From NCBI GenBank assembly GCA_964019335.1, contig OZ025681.1, forward strand, positions 186,001-250,000: DNA of 64,000 bases. Reading direction: 5' to 3'. This DNA comes from Diplonema japonicum (lineage: Eukaryota > Protista > Euglenozoa: Diplonemea). A program made the position numbers and the translations under genes. Below the pieces are notes generated by a model that worked only from the letters and a program-made list of their open reading frames with translations, was not told the origin of the DNA and did no database searches. Positions 12,001 to 21,782 of the stretch are shown piece by piece. How positions within the stretch are numbered: position 1 is the first letter of the stretch; each line of letters opens with the position of its first letter.

Positions 12001-13911
12001 GGAGCGTCTCAGGGTCCCTGTGGTCACCCCGCCAGCTCTCTTGAAGCCCGAGATCGTCCAGTCTTCCCCACAGCTGTCCACATGAGGGGTCGCCTTCGCA
12101 GTTGCAAACCTGTCGCTCACCTTGGGTTCCCCGTTTGCCCACTCGATGATCGCCATGTCCGACCCGTGCATGGATCCACCGGTCTGCTCAGCAATCCCGA
12201 AACCGATCCATCCGGTGGTCTTCACAGTAAGGTCCATCACCACCTCGTCCCCTTCGATCTTGGAGCAGAGCATGTAGTCATCCTTCGCCTTGACGGTCCA
12301 GGTCTTGCAATTCTCAGGACACGGTGCAGAAGTGTTCCCGAACAGCTGCTCGTCAACAGGGTCCACAATATCGAAGAGGTCATGGGGGGGCTTGTCTTTT
12401 GGTGTCAAGTAGCCGCTGTTGTCAGGAGCCTTGCAGATCTCCGTTTTCTGATTGAGGTACCCACAGTACCTGAGACCCTTCTTGGGATACACATGAATGA
12501 AAGCCATGCACATTTCTGAATCAGTTCCATCACCGAAGCCAATGTCCACGTTACCATCGTTCACCATCTTGCAGTAGGAGTGGATCTCGTCACCAGCCAT
12601 GATCTGTGCCTTCACAGGATGGTTCAGCTGCAGGTTGAAGTCCCAGTACTCAATGTCCTCCAACACATGGACCTCCTTCCCATCCCTCCATACACTTGTG
12701 CGCTGTTCTCTTCCAAACAAGTGCATGTGGCCAGTGATGGAGAACACATTCAGGGGTTCAGAAATAGTGTTGTTCGTGCATTCCGCCGAGCACATCGTTT
12801 GGTATTCCTTCGTTGTTCCCGGCTTGATGATGTCCTTGATCTGAGCAAGAGTGTCCCCAACGTTCAAGATCTGAACATCATGCTTACGAAGTGTCTTCGT
12901 TAGCTCAAGAACGAAGCCAGATGCATCAACACCAGCATCAGCCATCTCTGAAGGGACATCGTAGTGGGAGTTCATAACTATGTACCTCCACCCCCTGCTG
13001 GGGTCGATTGACACCCTCAGACCCGCCTCACGTGGCATCACAACCTTGTTGGTCCCGACAGCCCACATCGCCCCAATCTCAAAACCAGCAGCATGGACCT
13101 GTGCCGAACAGGTGTTCACGGATTCATTGTTCCGGAAATAAAAGGGATGATTCTCCGTTGTCTCGTAAAGGAGGGAGTGGTGGAACTGGTAGTTCGGGTT
13201 GCCCACAGAGGTGTCTTCAATGTCGTACGACACAACGTGGTAGTCGCGGTCCGCAAGGTCGGGGAGGTAGTCCAGCATGTCGAAAGCATAGCAGGTGTAG
13301 ATGGTCCTCTTCCCACCAACGGTGTAGTTCTTGTTCAACAGCTTGACAGTGACAAGATCAGTCTCAGGTGTGGTGAGCTCCTCCTCCCCACCCTTCATGA
13401 AGGTCATCGTTGCAACGCTCCTCCCTGCCCCGTGGTAGGCAAGAGTGTCCTGCCCAGGTTCCCCGTACGCAATCACAATCCGCATGGACCCCTTCACAAA
13501 GGGTCTGTCCTCGTTCGTGTCCTCAACTGTGATGGAGCGTCTCAGGGTCCCTGTGGTCACCCCGCCAGCTCTCTTGAAGCCCGAGATCGTCCAGTCTTCC
13601 CCACAGCTGTCCACATGAGGGGTCGCCTTCGCAGTTGCAAACCTGTCGCTCACCTTGGGTTCCCCGTTTGCCCACTCGATGATCGCCATGTCCGACCCGT
13701 GCATGGATCCACCGGTCTGCTCAGCAATCCCGAAACCGATCCATCCGGTGGTCTTCACAGTAAGGTCCATCACCACCTCGTCCCCTTCGATCTTGGAGCA
13801 GAGCATGTAGTCATCCTTCGCCTTGACGGTCCAAGTCTTGCACACATCTGCACAATTTATTAAGAAAGGCAAAAGAAGAAACACAGCAAAGCACTGCGTG
13901 TTGCGTGACAT
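6091..13911 (-). CDS. Large membrane protein: signal peptide, 4 x (DOMON + copper type II ascorbate-dependent monooxygenase, DBH/MOXD1-like), 2 DOMON domains, cytochrome b561
   Basis: First ATG at 13911 followed by a hydrophobic leader. Each module has DOMON motifs (GWIGFG, GSMHGSD, AYHG) and Cu ligands FHHSL, NSHYD, GHMHLFG, EMCM. The C-terminus has about 5 TM helices with 4 His (KAHG, IVHA, RHKEIG, VLHSLMG). Confidence 0.92.
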   Translation of the reverse strand: MSRNTQCFAVFLLLPFLINCADVCKTWTVKAKDDYMLCSKIEGDEVVMDLTVKTTGWIGFGIAEQTGGSMHGSDMAIIEWANGEPKVSDRFATAKATPHVDSCGEDWTISGFKRAGGVTTGTLRRSITVEDTNEDRPFVKGSMRIVIAYGEPGQDTLAYHGAGRSVATMTFMKGGEEELTTPETDLVTVKLLNKNYTVGGKRTIYTCYAFDMLDYLPDLADRDYHVVSYDIEDTSVGNPNYQFHHSLLYETTENHPFYFRNNESVNTCSAQVHAAGFEIGAMWAVGTNKVVMPREAGLRVSIDPSRGWRYIVMNSHYDVPSEMADAGVDASGFVLELTKTLRKHDVQILNVGDTLAQIKDIIKPGTTKEYQTMCSAECTNNTISEPLNVFSITGHMHLFGREQRTSVWRDGKEVHVLEDIEYWDFNLQLNHPVKAQIMAGDEIHSYCKMVNDGNVDIGFGDGTDSEMCMAFIHVYPKKGLRYCGYLNQKTEICKAPDNSGYLTPKDKPPHDLFDIVDPVDEQLFGNTSAPCPENCKTWTVKAKDDYMLCSKIEGDEVVMDLTVKTTGWIGFGIAEQTGGSMHGSDMAIIEWANGEPKVSDRFATAKATPHVDSCGEDWTISGFKRAGGVTTGTLRRSITVEDTNEDRPFVKGSMRIVIAYGEPGQDTLAYHGAGRSVATMTFMKGGEEELTTPETDLVTVKLLNKNYTVGGKRTIYTCYAFDMLDYLPDLADRDYHVVSYDIEDTSVGNPNYQFHHSLLYETTENHPFYFRNNESVNTCSAQVHAAGFEIGAMWAVGTNKVVMPREAGLRVSIDPSRGWRYIVMNSHYDVPSEMADAGVDASGFVLELTKTLRKHDVQILNVGDTLAQIKDIIKPGTTKEYQTMCSAECTNNTISEPLNVFSITGHMHLFGREQRTSVWRDGKEVHVLEDIEYWDFNLQLNHPVKAQIMAGDEIHSYCKMVNDGNVDIGFGDGTDSEMCMAFIHVYPKKGLRYCGYLNQKTEICKAPDNSGYLTPKDKPPHDLFDIVDPVDEQLFGNTSAPCPENCKTWTVKAKDDYMLCSKIEGDEVVMDLTVKTTGWIGFGIAEQTGGSMHGSDMAIIEWANGEPKVSDRFATAKATPHVDSCGEDWTISGFKRAGGVTTGTLRRSITVEDTNEDRPFVKGSMRIVIAYGEPGQDTLAYHGAGRSVATMTFMKGGEEELTTPETDLVTVKLLNKNYTVGGKRTIYTCYAFDMLDYLPDLADRDYHVVSYDIEDTSVGNPNYQFHHSLLYETTENHPFYFRNNESVNTCSAQVHAAGFEIGAMWAVGTNKVVMPREAGLRVSIDPSRGWRYIVMNSHYDVPSEMADAGVDASGFVLELTKTLRKHDVQILNVGDTLAQIKDIIKPGTTKEYQTMCSAECTNNTISEPLNVFSITGHMHLFGREQRTSVWRDGKEVHVLEDIEYWDFNLQLNHPVKAQIMAGDEIHSYCKMVNDGNVDIGFGDGTDSEMCMAFIHVYPKKGLRYCGYLNQKTEICKAPDNSGYLTPKDKPPHDLFDIVDPVDEQLFGNTSAPCPENCKTWTVKAKDDYMLCSKIEGDEVVMDLTVKTTGWIGFGIAEQTGGSMHGSDMAIIEWANGEPKVSDRFATAKATPHVDSCGEDWTISGFKRAGGVTTGTLRRSITVEDTNEDRPFVKGSMRIVIAYGEPGQDTLAYHGAGRSVATMTFMKGGEEELTTPETDLVTVKLLNKNYTVGGKRTIYTCYAFDMLDYLPDLADRDYHVVSYDIEDTSVGNPNYQFHHSLLYETTENHPFYFRNNESVNTCSAQVHAAGFEIGAMWAVGTNKVVMPREAGLRVSIDPSRGWRYIVMNSHYDVPSEMADAGVDASGFVLELTKTLRKHDVQILNVGDTLAQIKDIIKPGTTKEYQTMCSAECTNNTISEPLNVFSITGHMHLFGREQRTSVWRDGKEVHVLEDIEYWDFNLQLNHPVKAQIMAGDEIHSYCKMVNDGNVDIGFGDGTDSEMCMAFIHVYPKKGLRYCGYLNQKTEICKAPDNSGYLTPKDKPPHDLFDIVDPVDEQLFGNTSLMCAANNCKSWSLQATDDYKICSNVVRDVVELSVTVKTTGWIGFGISDKTNHGMIGSDMVVVEWADGIPVVSDRYASMKALPALDESKADWRISGFKRSNGVTTGNIVRSITSSNEKEDRAFLLTETMPIVLAYGADGDDKITYHGPSRRTPTFMTLHKGTVVETEVPLPVNTTTEAPETQSPPASCPTPSTRTGYTCMVKLDTTTEFNWVEMPNGELRVLVVFIGVPGYGAIGFPKEKNRMVGSKVVATNGKFYDLNGKSTSEVVETAQLGDFTDTTTGAVREVAVQQTNGNSEVTFTTGKKPSLNMVVAYHKTASFPAAQHEVRFGASITTTTGGAVTTLVKDNSKKVKAHGTAMVTVWAYVVPMAVAVKRFGGKHLGSIKSVPIAFIVHAVLMLGSMVATTVFFSVALYEFENETSHRHKEIGIVLLVVGWCQVVIGVIGVLVSKPQGKHRLIFKVLHSLMGITVFAFAVSQMATGIVNIGDLYSATWKDNLTIAVIVGLAFCFLLFVVLSLVVGATVAKDEDAERGDDTLEGVKGVETQPY
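7729..13842 (-). repeat. Four-copy 1533-bp (511-aa) in-frame tandem repeat
   Basis: Identical ORF-track entries recur at 7981/9514/11047/12580 (period 1533). The only differences I saw are single bases near the array ends. Confidence 0.95.
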
Positions 13912-13965
13912 TAAATCGTCTACTGTCAACTGCTTTCTTCTTTCCCTCTTTTTTTTGTGAGAAAC

Positions 13966-14046
13966 CTGTAAAAAAGATCAAAAAAAGCACAAAAAAGCCA
14001 CGGGAAAGCAAAGAATAAAAAAAAAGGAAATACGAAAGAAAATACA
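13966..14046 (-). promoter_or_regulatory. Putative trans-splice acceptor (polypyrimidine tract + AG) for the monooxygenase mRNA
   Basis: Minus strand reads ...gtgctttttttgatcttttttacAG|gtttctc... about 55 nt upstream of ATG 13911. Confidence 0.45.
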
Positions 14047-15483
14047 TCACAAGCGGAACCCGTAATCAGATGACACCTTGTCCCGCTGCGCAGGCGAGAG
14101 AGAAGGGTGCCAAATGTCAATGATGAGAACCAATCTATCGTCAGGCCCATTGTTCCAGACGTGGTGTGTGAAGCTATCATCGATAACAAGCACGCCAGAT
14201 TGTTGCCACTGCTTCGTGACGTTCCCGACGGTAATACCACAGGCGATCTCAGTGCCGTCAACATGACGCATCGCGTCGCAGGAAGCGGGAACAGAAATAC
14301 CAAGATGAACGCGATTCTTGTGATTGGTGGGACCAGAATGCGGTGATATGCTCCCGCCAGCTTGAAGCAAGCTGAACCCAACGAAACCTTTAGGAATACG
14401 AGGGAACGTCGATTCGATGAGAGATGATGTGAACGGGAGTTTTTCACGGAAAATCGCGGACGTCGACGACTCGTGCCCGTTGACAAATAGCGAGAACTCA
14501 CGCCAGAACCCGTTAGAGAGCGACACGTGTTCGTTTGTCTCCAACATAAGAGAAGATGACAGGAACGCATATTCCTCGAGAATTCGAGGAACCGCTTTTT
14601 GAAGATCTTGTAGAATAGTATGAAGCGCACCTTCCACCACAGGAAACGGCGATGACTCTAAACCGCCCACAAGGTAGGAGACCATCTGGTCCGGCCGTTC
14701 CCACACACCACGTCGAAGCGCTTTCTGTACAACATCCCTTCGATTCTCTTCCGTCTTTGCAAGAGACACCATTTTGTAAAATGTCGACCCCGCTCCCATG
14801 GTGCTTCCCCCGTACGCTTCATCCGACACCGCAAGTTTGAAGAGAACTTCCGCGGTATCATGGTGGCTCAGTGAATATGCTGTATGCCCCATATCTGCGA
14901 TTTCCATGCTCGTTGCTGTAGATGCTATGCTCGTCTCAAGGACGGTTGTTCCCGCTGAGAGAGATACAATGAATGACCCGTAAGGGGTGGTGGAGCATGA
15001 TGTGGATTCGATAATGTTTGAGGCCTTCTGAAGGGGTTCTCCGAGGGATACAAGCGATTTTGCCAGATATATTGCTTCCGTGCAGTCGTTTTCGGATAGG
15101 CTCGCGGATTCTAAGGTGGATTTGACTTCTAGCATGGATTTTCTGTTTCCTCGATCGGAGGACTCGAATAAGATTCTGCCCAGTTTTTTTCTCACGTTAT
15201 TTGTGAATTTCGACGTCGGTGCGGAAGTTAAAAGTTCTTTGTATGCTGATTCTGCTAAACGGTGTGCTTTTACCCCTTCAGCTGCTATTCCAAGATTGTA
15301 CAAGAGCTCAGGTCGTTTTGGGGCGGCGAGTACCGCTTGTCTGATGTACTCTAACCGTTCCATGCCTTCGGTACGAGCAGCTTTTTCCATTAACATTTTC
15401 GCTTTTTCCAGGTCCTCTCCCAGTGTGGTGGTCACAGTGAATGTTAATAAAACAGTTGTGACCAGAAATATTGGGTTTTTCAT
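14047..15483 (-). CDS. Secretory TPR-containing aspartyl/asparaginyl beta-hydroxylase-family (Fe(II)/2-oxoglutarate) oxygenase
   Basis: Signal peptide, TPR-like helices (ELLYNLGIAA), and C-terminal AspH-type motifs SPHSGPTN..RVHLG, DDSFTHHVWN, RLVLIIDIWHP. Confidence 0.9.
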   Translation of the reverse strand: MKNPIFLVTTVLLTFTVTTTLGEDLEKAKMLMEKAARTEGMERLEYIRQAVLAAPKRPELLYNLGIAAEGVKAHRLAESAYKELLTSAPTSKFTNNVRKKLGRILFESSDRGNRKSMLEVKSTLESASLSENDCTEAIYLAKSLVSLGEPLQKASNIIESTSCSTTPYGSFIVSLSAGTTVLETSIASTATSMEIADMGHTAYSLSHHDTAEVLFKLAVSDEAYGGSTMGAGSTFYKMVSLAKTEENRRDVVQKALRRGVWERPDQMVSYLVGGLESSPFPVVEGALHTILQDLQKAVPRILEEYAFLSSSLMLETNEHVSLSNGFWREFSLFVNGHESSTSAIFREKLPFTSSLIESTFPRIPKGFVGFSLLQAGGSISPHSGPTNHKNRVHLGISVPASCDAMRHVDGTEIACGITVGNVTKQWQQSGVLVIDDSFTHHVWNNGPDDRLVLIIDIWHPSLSPAQRDKVSSDYGFRL

Positions 15484-17106
15484 TTTTTTTTCTTTTTTTT
15501 TTTCCCCCTCCCGCCTTCTCTTCCTTGGTGTTTTGAGTTTTTTTTTGGGGGGGTACTGTTTTATGTATCTTTAAATACAACAAAAAAAAAAAGAATTCGA
15601 TTCATTTTAACGTCAAAGTGACAAGCAGCGCGGGGAAAAAAAAAAAAAAAAAAAAAAAAAAGAAAAAAGACAACAAAAAAAAAATCGGAGATAGAAAAAA
15701 AGAAATACAAAGAAGGGAAAAAAAAAGACTTTTTTTTTTTCTTTTCTTTTCGTCGAACGACTTAAGTGGATCGTCACTTCTTAAAAAAAAAAAAAAAAGA
15801 AAAAAAAGGAAGAGAGGGGGAAATTGGAAGGGACTCATATTAAAAAAAAAAGGTAGCTCCAAGAGGGAAAACAAAAAAAAAAACAAAAAAAAAAAGAAGA
15901 AAGAAATGCGGAAACACGAATGACCGTCAGAGTTCTTTCAGGCTGGGGAAAGGAGAATTTAAAAAAAAAAAAAAAAAAAAAGTGGGTTTTCTTTTTTTTT
16001 TTTTTTCTTCTCTTCTTTTTTCAAAGTTTCTCACCGACCTTCAAGATCTATTTCAGAAACAAATTCACCGTTTTTCTTTCTTCTTTTTTTTTCTCTTTTC
16101 TTTTTCCTCTTTTTTTCTTTCTTCTGAAGGTACTTCTTTTGAGATACGAGTTAAGATTAAAATGGAAAAATAAAGAAAAAAAGAAGTAAAATTACGAGAG
16201 AAAGATGGGGGAGTGGGAGGGGTACGAACCAGTTTGCGAAATAGCCGCTGTTAAAAAAAGAAAAAAAAAAAGAAACGAAAAAAAAATAGCACGATTAGAA
16301 AAAAAAAATAAATAATAGAAAGAGGAATGTTTTTTTTTTTTTTTTTTTTTTCAAAACAATGTGTCATGTTTACCTGTAATATTTACCCATCACTTTTTTT
16401 TTTTTTTTTTTTTTTTTTTTGCAAATGTGGACATAATCAAGTAGCTGTGTAAGCTTCAGGTCCCCTATCACCCTGACACAAGGCAGCCCCTAAGATCAAC
16501 TCTTTTAAAGAGGATCACCCTATGGGAGGCCTTGCTGCTTCTGAAACTATCTCCTAGAAGATGGAGAGGGGCAAAAAAAAATAAATAAATAATAATAATA
16601 ATAAAAAGAAACACAAAAAAATAAAGTGAAAGGGGACAACAGGAATAAGGTTTCTACGCTCAAAGAAATCTTTTTCGTAGTGATTTTTACTTTTTTTTCT
16701 TTATTTCTCCCCCGTTATTCTTTTTTTTTTTCCTCTATTCTCTTTCTTTACGTTTCCCGGGGGGGGGGGGGGGGTGCGGGAAGGAATAAAAAAGAAAAGA
16801 AAAGAGAAAAAAAAAAGGGGGGGAAGATGGGAGGGGGGGAAGGAAAAAAAAAAAAAAAAAAGAAGAAATAAAAAAAAGAATGAAAGCGGAAAAAAAAAAT
16901 AGATTACTTTTATCTTTTTATTCTTCTCCTTTTAAAAAAAAGAGAAAACAAAAATGGGGCTTTGATTGCAGCACTAAGTGTGCAACGAAGCGCTACTACT
17001 CTCTACTTGTAGCTTTTTCTGTGCTCCGCGTCAGGGGAACTGTCAATGATTACAGGATTTTCATGTCTTCTAAGCTTCGTCGCACCAAGGTTCTGCGCTC
17101 GTGCAG

Positions 17107-17172
17107 AGGAGGTCAACAGCGAACAACACAACTGATGAATTTCTTTATTTCCATGTTATCCCCACCACCTTA
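17107..17172 (+). repeat. Short interspersed repeat family B (other copies ~24184-24250, ~57248-57306)
   Basis: ggaggtcaacagcgaacaacaca...tgatg...ttcttta...atgttatccc recurs three times, each followed by A-rich sequence. Confidence 0.7.
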
Positions 17173-17383
17173 AAAAAAGAAAAGAAAATAATAAGAGCCT
17201 TGTACAGAACAAAGGAGAATCAATGTAAAAAATAAAAATAAAAATGGGGAGAACTTGTTTTTTTTTATTTTTTCCTTTTTTTTTTTTTTTTTTTTTTCCG
17301 GTTTCTTCTTTCCAAATCCAGAGAGGAGTTTAAGCAACACTTGGCATTTCTCGGATCGAAAACTTAAAGATAGAATTTGTAGG

Positions 17384-17420
<37 letters not shown>

Positions 17421-17819
17421 AGAAAAGAAAACAGTTCTTGTCCCCCCATTTTTTTCTCTGACTCCTGCTTTGTCTTTCTCATGGCTCGATAAAAAACTCA
17501 TAGTAAAAGACAATCCCACTCGAGGACAGCCCCTTAAAAAAGAGAAAAGTTAGAAGCAAAAAAAGAAATCTGAATGGTGTTACTCCCCCCGCTTTTTTTT
17601 ATTTCGTTCTTCCCCGAACTAAAGAAGAAAAAAAATGGCACTTTTTTCTTTTTCTGTTCTCGCCCTTCCGGCTCCCCTTTGCGGCAATAATTGTGGAATT
17701 TCAGGTTCTAACTCCCAAAAGCCCGCAAATCACAGCAAGGGGGGAAGGGCATCCGTGGGGAGGGAGAAATTCAAGAAGTTCCCCCCTTTCTTTAAAATAG
17801 CGATGAAGTGGCAACTGAG

Positions 17820-17852
<33 letters not shown>

Positions 17853-18457
17853 AGGATTGTTGGTTGTTTAGAAGGATAAGCCCAACAATGCTACCACAAC
17901 TCTTTTTTTTTTTTTTTTTTTAGCAATAACAATCCAGTATCAGTTATTTTCTTTTTCCTCTTTTTTTTGTTTTCTCGCTCGGCCAACTCTGTTCATCAAA
18001 CAAAACTCGTGACTGTACTAATTTACTCGCTAGCACAAATAAAAAAGTTTTCGTAAAAATGATTACTGCATGAAAAACTCCCGGTCTGACAAATAGCTGA
18101 AATCTGAGTCCCCGAAAAGCCTGGCCAAGAACTCTGCCAAAATAGCTACCAAGTACCCACTCGTATTTATATATTTTCGTTGGTGTAGGGAACTTTGTCA
18201 GGCCGGCATTTTTCACTTAACAGCATATTAAAAAAAAAAAAATGAATTCCTTCTTTCTTTTTTTTCTCTTTTTTTTTTTTTGGGTCATTCTTTCTGCACG
18301 TATCACTCGCTTCCGGTGGACGGGTGCAAAAGGAGTAAAGAAAAAAAAAAAAGAAAAGAAAAAAGGGAATTCTTTTTTTTTGGAGGAAGGAAGAAAAGGG
18401 GGTGGGCTTTTCCGAACTTCTTTTTTTTTTTTTTATTTATTTCTTTTTTGTTTTTGT

Positions 18458-18800
18458 TATTTCACTCTTCGTCATTTTCTTCACTCACTAGGGGGCCCAT
18501 TATTTACTAACGCGAAATGGCCATTATTTAACTAGATAGTTGCAGTTAATTAATGGCGTTTCAGAGTGAAAAAATGGGTCTCGCCGTGGAAAAATCTTTT
18601 TTGGGGGTGGGGTATTTTGACTATTTTCGCCATCTGAGGCCATTCCGGCCCTTAAAAGTGGCAGTAAGTGCTTTACTTCCCCTTAAAATGCCGGCGAAAT
18701 AGCTACCCCGTATTACCCGGGGGAAATCCCCTAAAAAGCTGACCTGCGCGTTTGTTGACTCGAGTTAAATAATGATTCATAATTTGTTGGCAATAAATAA
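18458..18800. repeat. Interspersed repeat family C (second copy ~55385-55680)
   Basis: Shared blocks tattttgactatttt, gaaatagctaccccgtattacc, ggaaatcccctaaaaagctgacctg and actcgagttaaataatga. Confidence 0.7.
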
Positions 18801-21136
18801 TATAGAAGTCTCTGTATGCCTCCAGGGAAATTAACTAGAAGGATATAAAAACAAAACAAAAACAAAGAAAAAGAAAGACTTTTAGCAAACGGCCAGACGG
18901 GCATCTCTGCCTCGGAGAAAAAGAAATTAACAGCTTTTCTCTCTCTTTTCTTTTCTCTTCTTTCTTTTTGTTTTTTCTTCCTCTAGCTTCTCCCGCTCAC
19001 CCCCCCTTTTTTTTTTAAAACGAACAATAATAGGAATGAAAGTGCGAAAGGGGAAAGGTCATAAGAATAGAAAAGGAAAATAGATAAAAATAAAGTGCTA
19101 ATCAGCAAAGACACTAAAGCCGACGAGCCACTAAAAAGAAAAAAATGTAATATCTAATTTAGTGAGGATACGCAGTAAGTGACATTAAACCTTTCTTTCT
19201 TTTTTTTTTTTTGAAAGGTTTTTTTGATGGCTTCCAAACCTTAGTGGTTTTAGCCACAATTGGAAAACCTTTTTCTTTTCTCTTTTTTTTTTTTTCCCTT
19301 TTTTTGGATACTTGCGAAGGTGGCTTGCTTTTTTTTTTCTTTTCTTTTTTTCTTTTCTTGAGCTTTTTATTTCCTTTCAGTTACTGCAAAAGAAGATTTA
19401 TTTGTGCCTTTTTCTTTTTTTGCCAATAATAAAAAGCTTTCTTTTGAAAGTTTTGTGAAGCTTGATCCGGCAAAAAAAAAAAAAAAAGAGATGAGATAAG
19501 GAGGTTCTTGTTTGGAACGTCCTCCTAAAAAAAATAAATGAAAAAAAAAGAATCATGTTCAGGGAAAGTAGGGCTCTCTCCCCCCCAATACCTCAAGATG
19601 CTTGACGAGGTCCTAGCTCAAACGCTTATCGATCCTAAACCGAAAGGGGAAAATAAACTGTAAAAACTTATAAAAAAGAGGGACTTTCCTGTTTGTACGT
19701 GCTGGGTAAAAACTTTCCCCTTTTGTTTTAGACAAGTCAAAGATCGTTCTTGCAAAAGAAAAAAAAAAAAAAAAAAAAGTATTGAGCTTCACAGAAAAAA
19801 AAGCTTAAAATATCGAATTTGACGACTCGGCTTTACTTCCCCCCTTTCTTAACCAATTCATAATGAAATTGGGCAGGAAAGATGGAAAAAGAGAGAGAAT
19901 AAAAAGAAGGAAAAAAAAAAAAAAAAAAAAAACATGTGTCTTGCTTGTTTGATTGGCAGCAGAACTAGGTAAATTACATTGGAAAGGGAAAAAGGGAAGA
20001 AAGGTGAAGGAAGGCGGTTGCAAACATGAGTGCATGTTTTCACTGGCTGCCTGTTGATACACATCTTCTTTTCCCTTATAACTCAAAATTAAGAGTCATT
20101 ATGAAAGAGGTAAAAAAAAAAATATAAAATCACAAAAGATAGGAACGAAGTGGTTAGCAACGGCCCAGAACTCGGATAAGAAAATGGTGCACGCAAAGCA
20201 GAAACAAAGAACAACAGAGAAAGGACTTCAGAACAGATTTTTTTTTTCTTGCCTATTTGCTGCGGCTGGACCCCAAGCTGTGTGATTCTTTTTTTACTTT
20301 TTCTTCTTCTTTATTGAAAAACCTTACGTGATTCTCACCCTCATCGCCAATAATACACAAACTTTATTTTTTTTTTTTTAACCGTTCCAGAAGAGTAGAA
20401 TCGGCTTGCTAACTTGGAACGTGCTCACCGGGGAAGAAACCTTTGGAAGTTTATAACCCGTGAGCACATTTACTCGAAAAACTGGGGAAAAAAATGCGTT
20501 CGTTGGCACAAAAAAAAAAAAAGAAATCTGCCAAGTGTGAAGGAGGGACACTTCTCCCTCTTTTTTTTTGAACTTTTTTGAAAGGGGGGGTGGTGGGGTA
20601 GGGTTAACATAAAAAAGAAAAAGCGTAATTTAAAAAAAAAAATAAAATAAAATAAAGAAGTCATTTCGATTCCTTCTTTTTTTCTTTTCTTTTTTAATTG
20701 CACTTTTTTTTTTTTCCTCCCCTTCTTTTTTTTTTTCTTTTTTAATAAATGGAGGGCACAGAAATATGATTAAAAAGCAAGGCACAATTAACAAAGGGAA
20801 TATCACAAGCTAATTGAGCGTGCGATTCTCGTCTTGTCCTTGATTTTCCACCGCTTTCTGATTTTCATCCAACTTTTCATTTTTTTTGTTCAACCTGCAA
20901 TCTTTGGCAATTCGGCAGGGATAAGGGCTTAACGCCTTTTGCTAAAAAAAAAAAAAAAAAAAAAATTAAAATTTGAAACGGATTTCTTTTTTTTTTTTAT
21001 TTTAAATTCCTTGTTTTCCTCTTTTTTTGTTTCTTCTTCTTCCCCCCCCCCCCCCCTTCAAATTCTCGTTTTTTCTCCCCTTTATTTTCTTTTTTTTTTT
21101 TTCCCGTTCTTCTTTTGTTTCAAGGAAGAACCAGCA

Positions 21137-21168
<32 letters not shown>

Positions 21169-21506
21169 AGAAAAGAGGAAGAGGTCGTTGTTTCACGCGT
21201 GCAAATAAAGAGACGAGTGCTTGGCATCTGCTAGCACACAAAACCCTGAGATAAGCTACTGCATGCTGCCACTACAAAAAAAAACGAGGGGGGGGGGGGG
21301 GGGGGGGAAACACGTAAATAACAGAGAGGAAAAAAAAAAAGAAAAGAAAAGGAAAAAAAAGAGTCGGTTGATTGTTGTTTGTGCACAGCCGGGGTTAACC
21401 TGTAGAAGGATAAGCCCAACAATGCTACCACTACTCTTTTTAGCAATAACAATTCATTGTCAATTTTTTGTTTTTCTTTGTTCAAGCAAAAAAAAAAAAA
21501 GAAAAT

Positions 21507-21540
<34 letters not shown>

Positions 21541-21578
21541 GTGTAGCATTAATTATAGATTTTTAGATAGAAAAGAGA

Positions 21579-21617
<39 letters not shown>

Positions 21618-21782
21618 CAAAAGAAAAAAAATATACTCAAAGAAAAAAAAAATCTTTTTTTCTTAACTTTTTTTTTCTCTTTTTTTCCCGGCTTCAAACT
21701 GTTCGTAAGGGAAGGGAGGAGGCAGGTTTTTTTCGTGCAAAGTAAAAAAAAAAAATAAATAAAAAAAAATGAAAACTATCGT

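Noticed and set aside
8494-13863. Repeated 319-aa plus-strand ORFs
   Set aside because: Antisense shadows of the monooxygenase; they repeat only because the gene does.
13912-13929. ORF-track start at TTG 13929
   Set aside because: In a eukaryote the ATG at 13911, directly before the signal peptide, is the plausible start.
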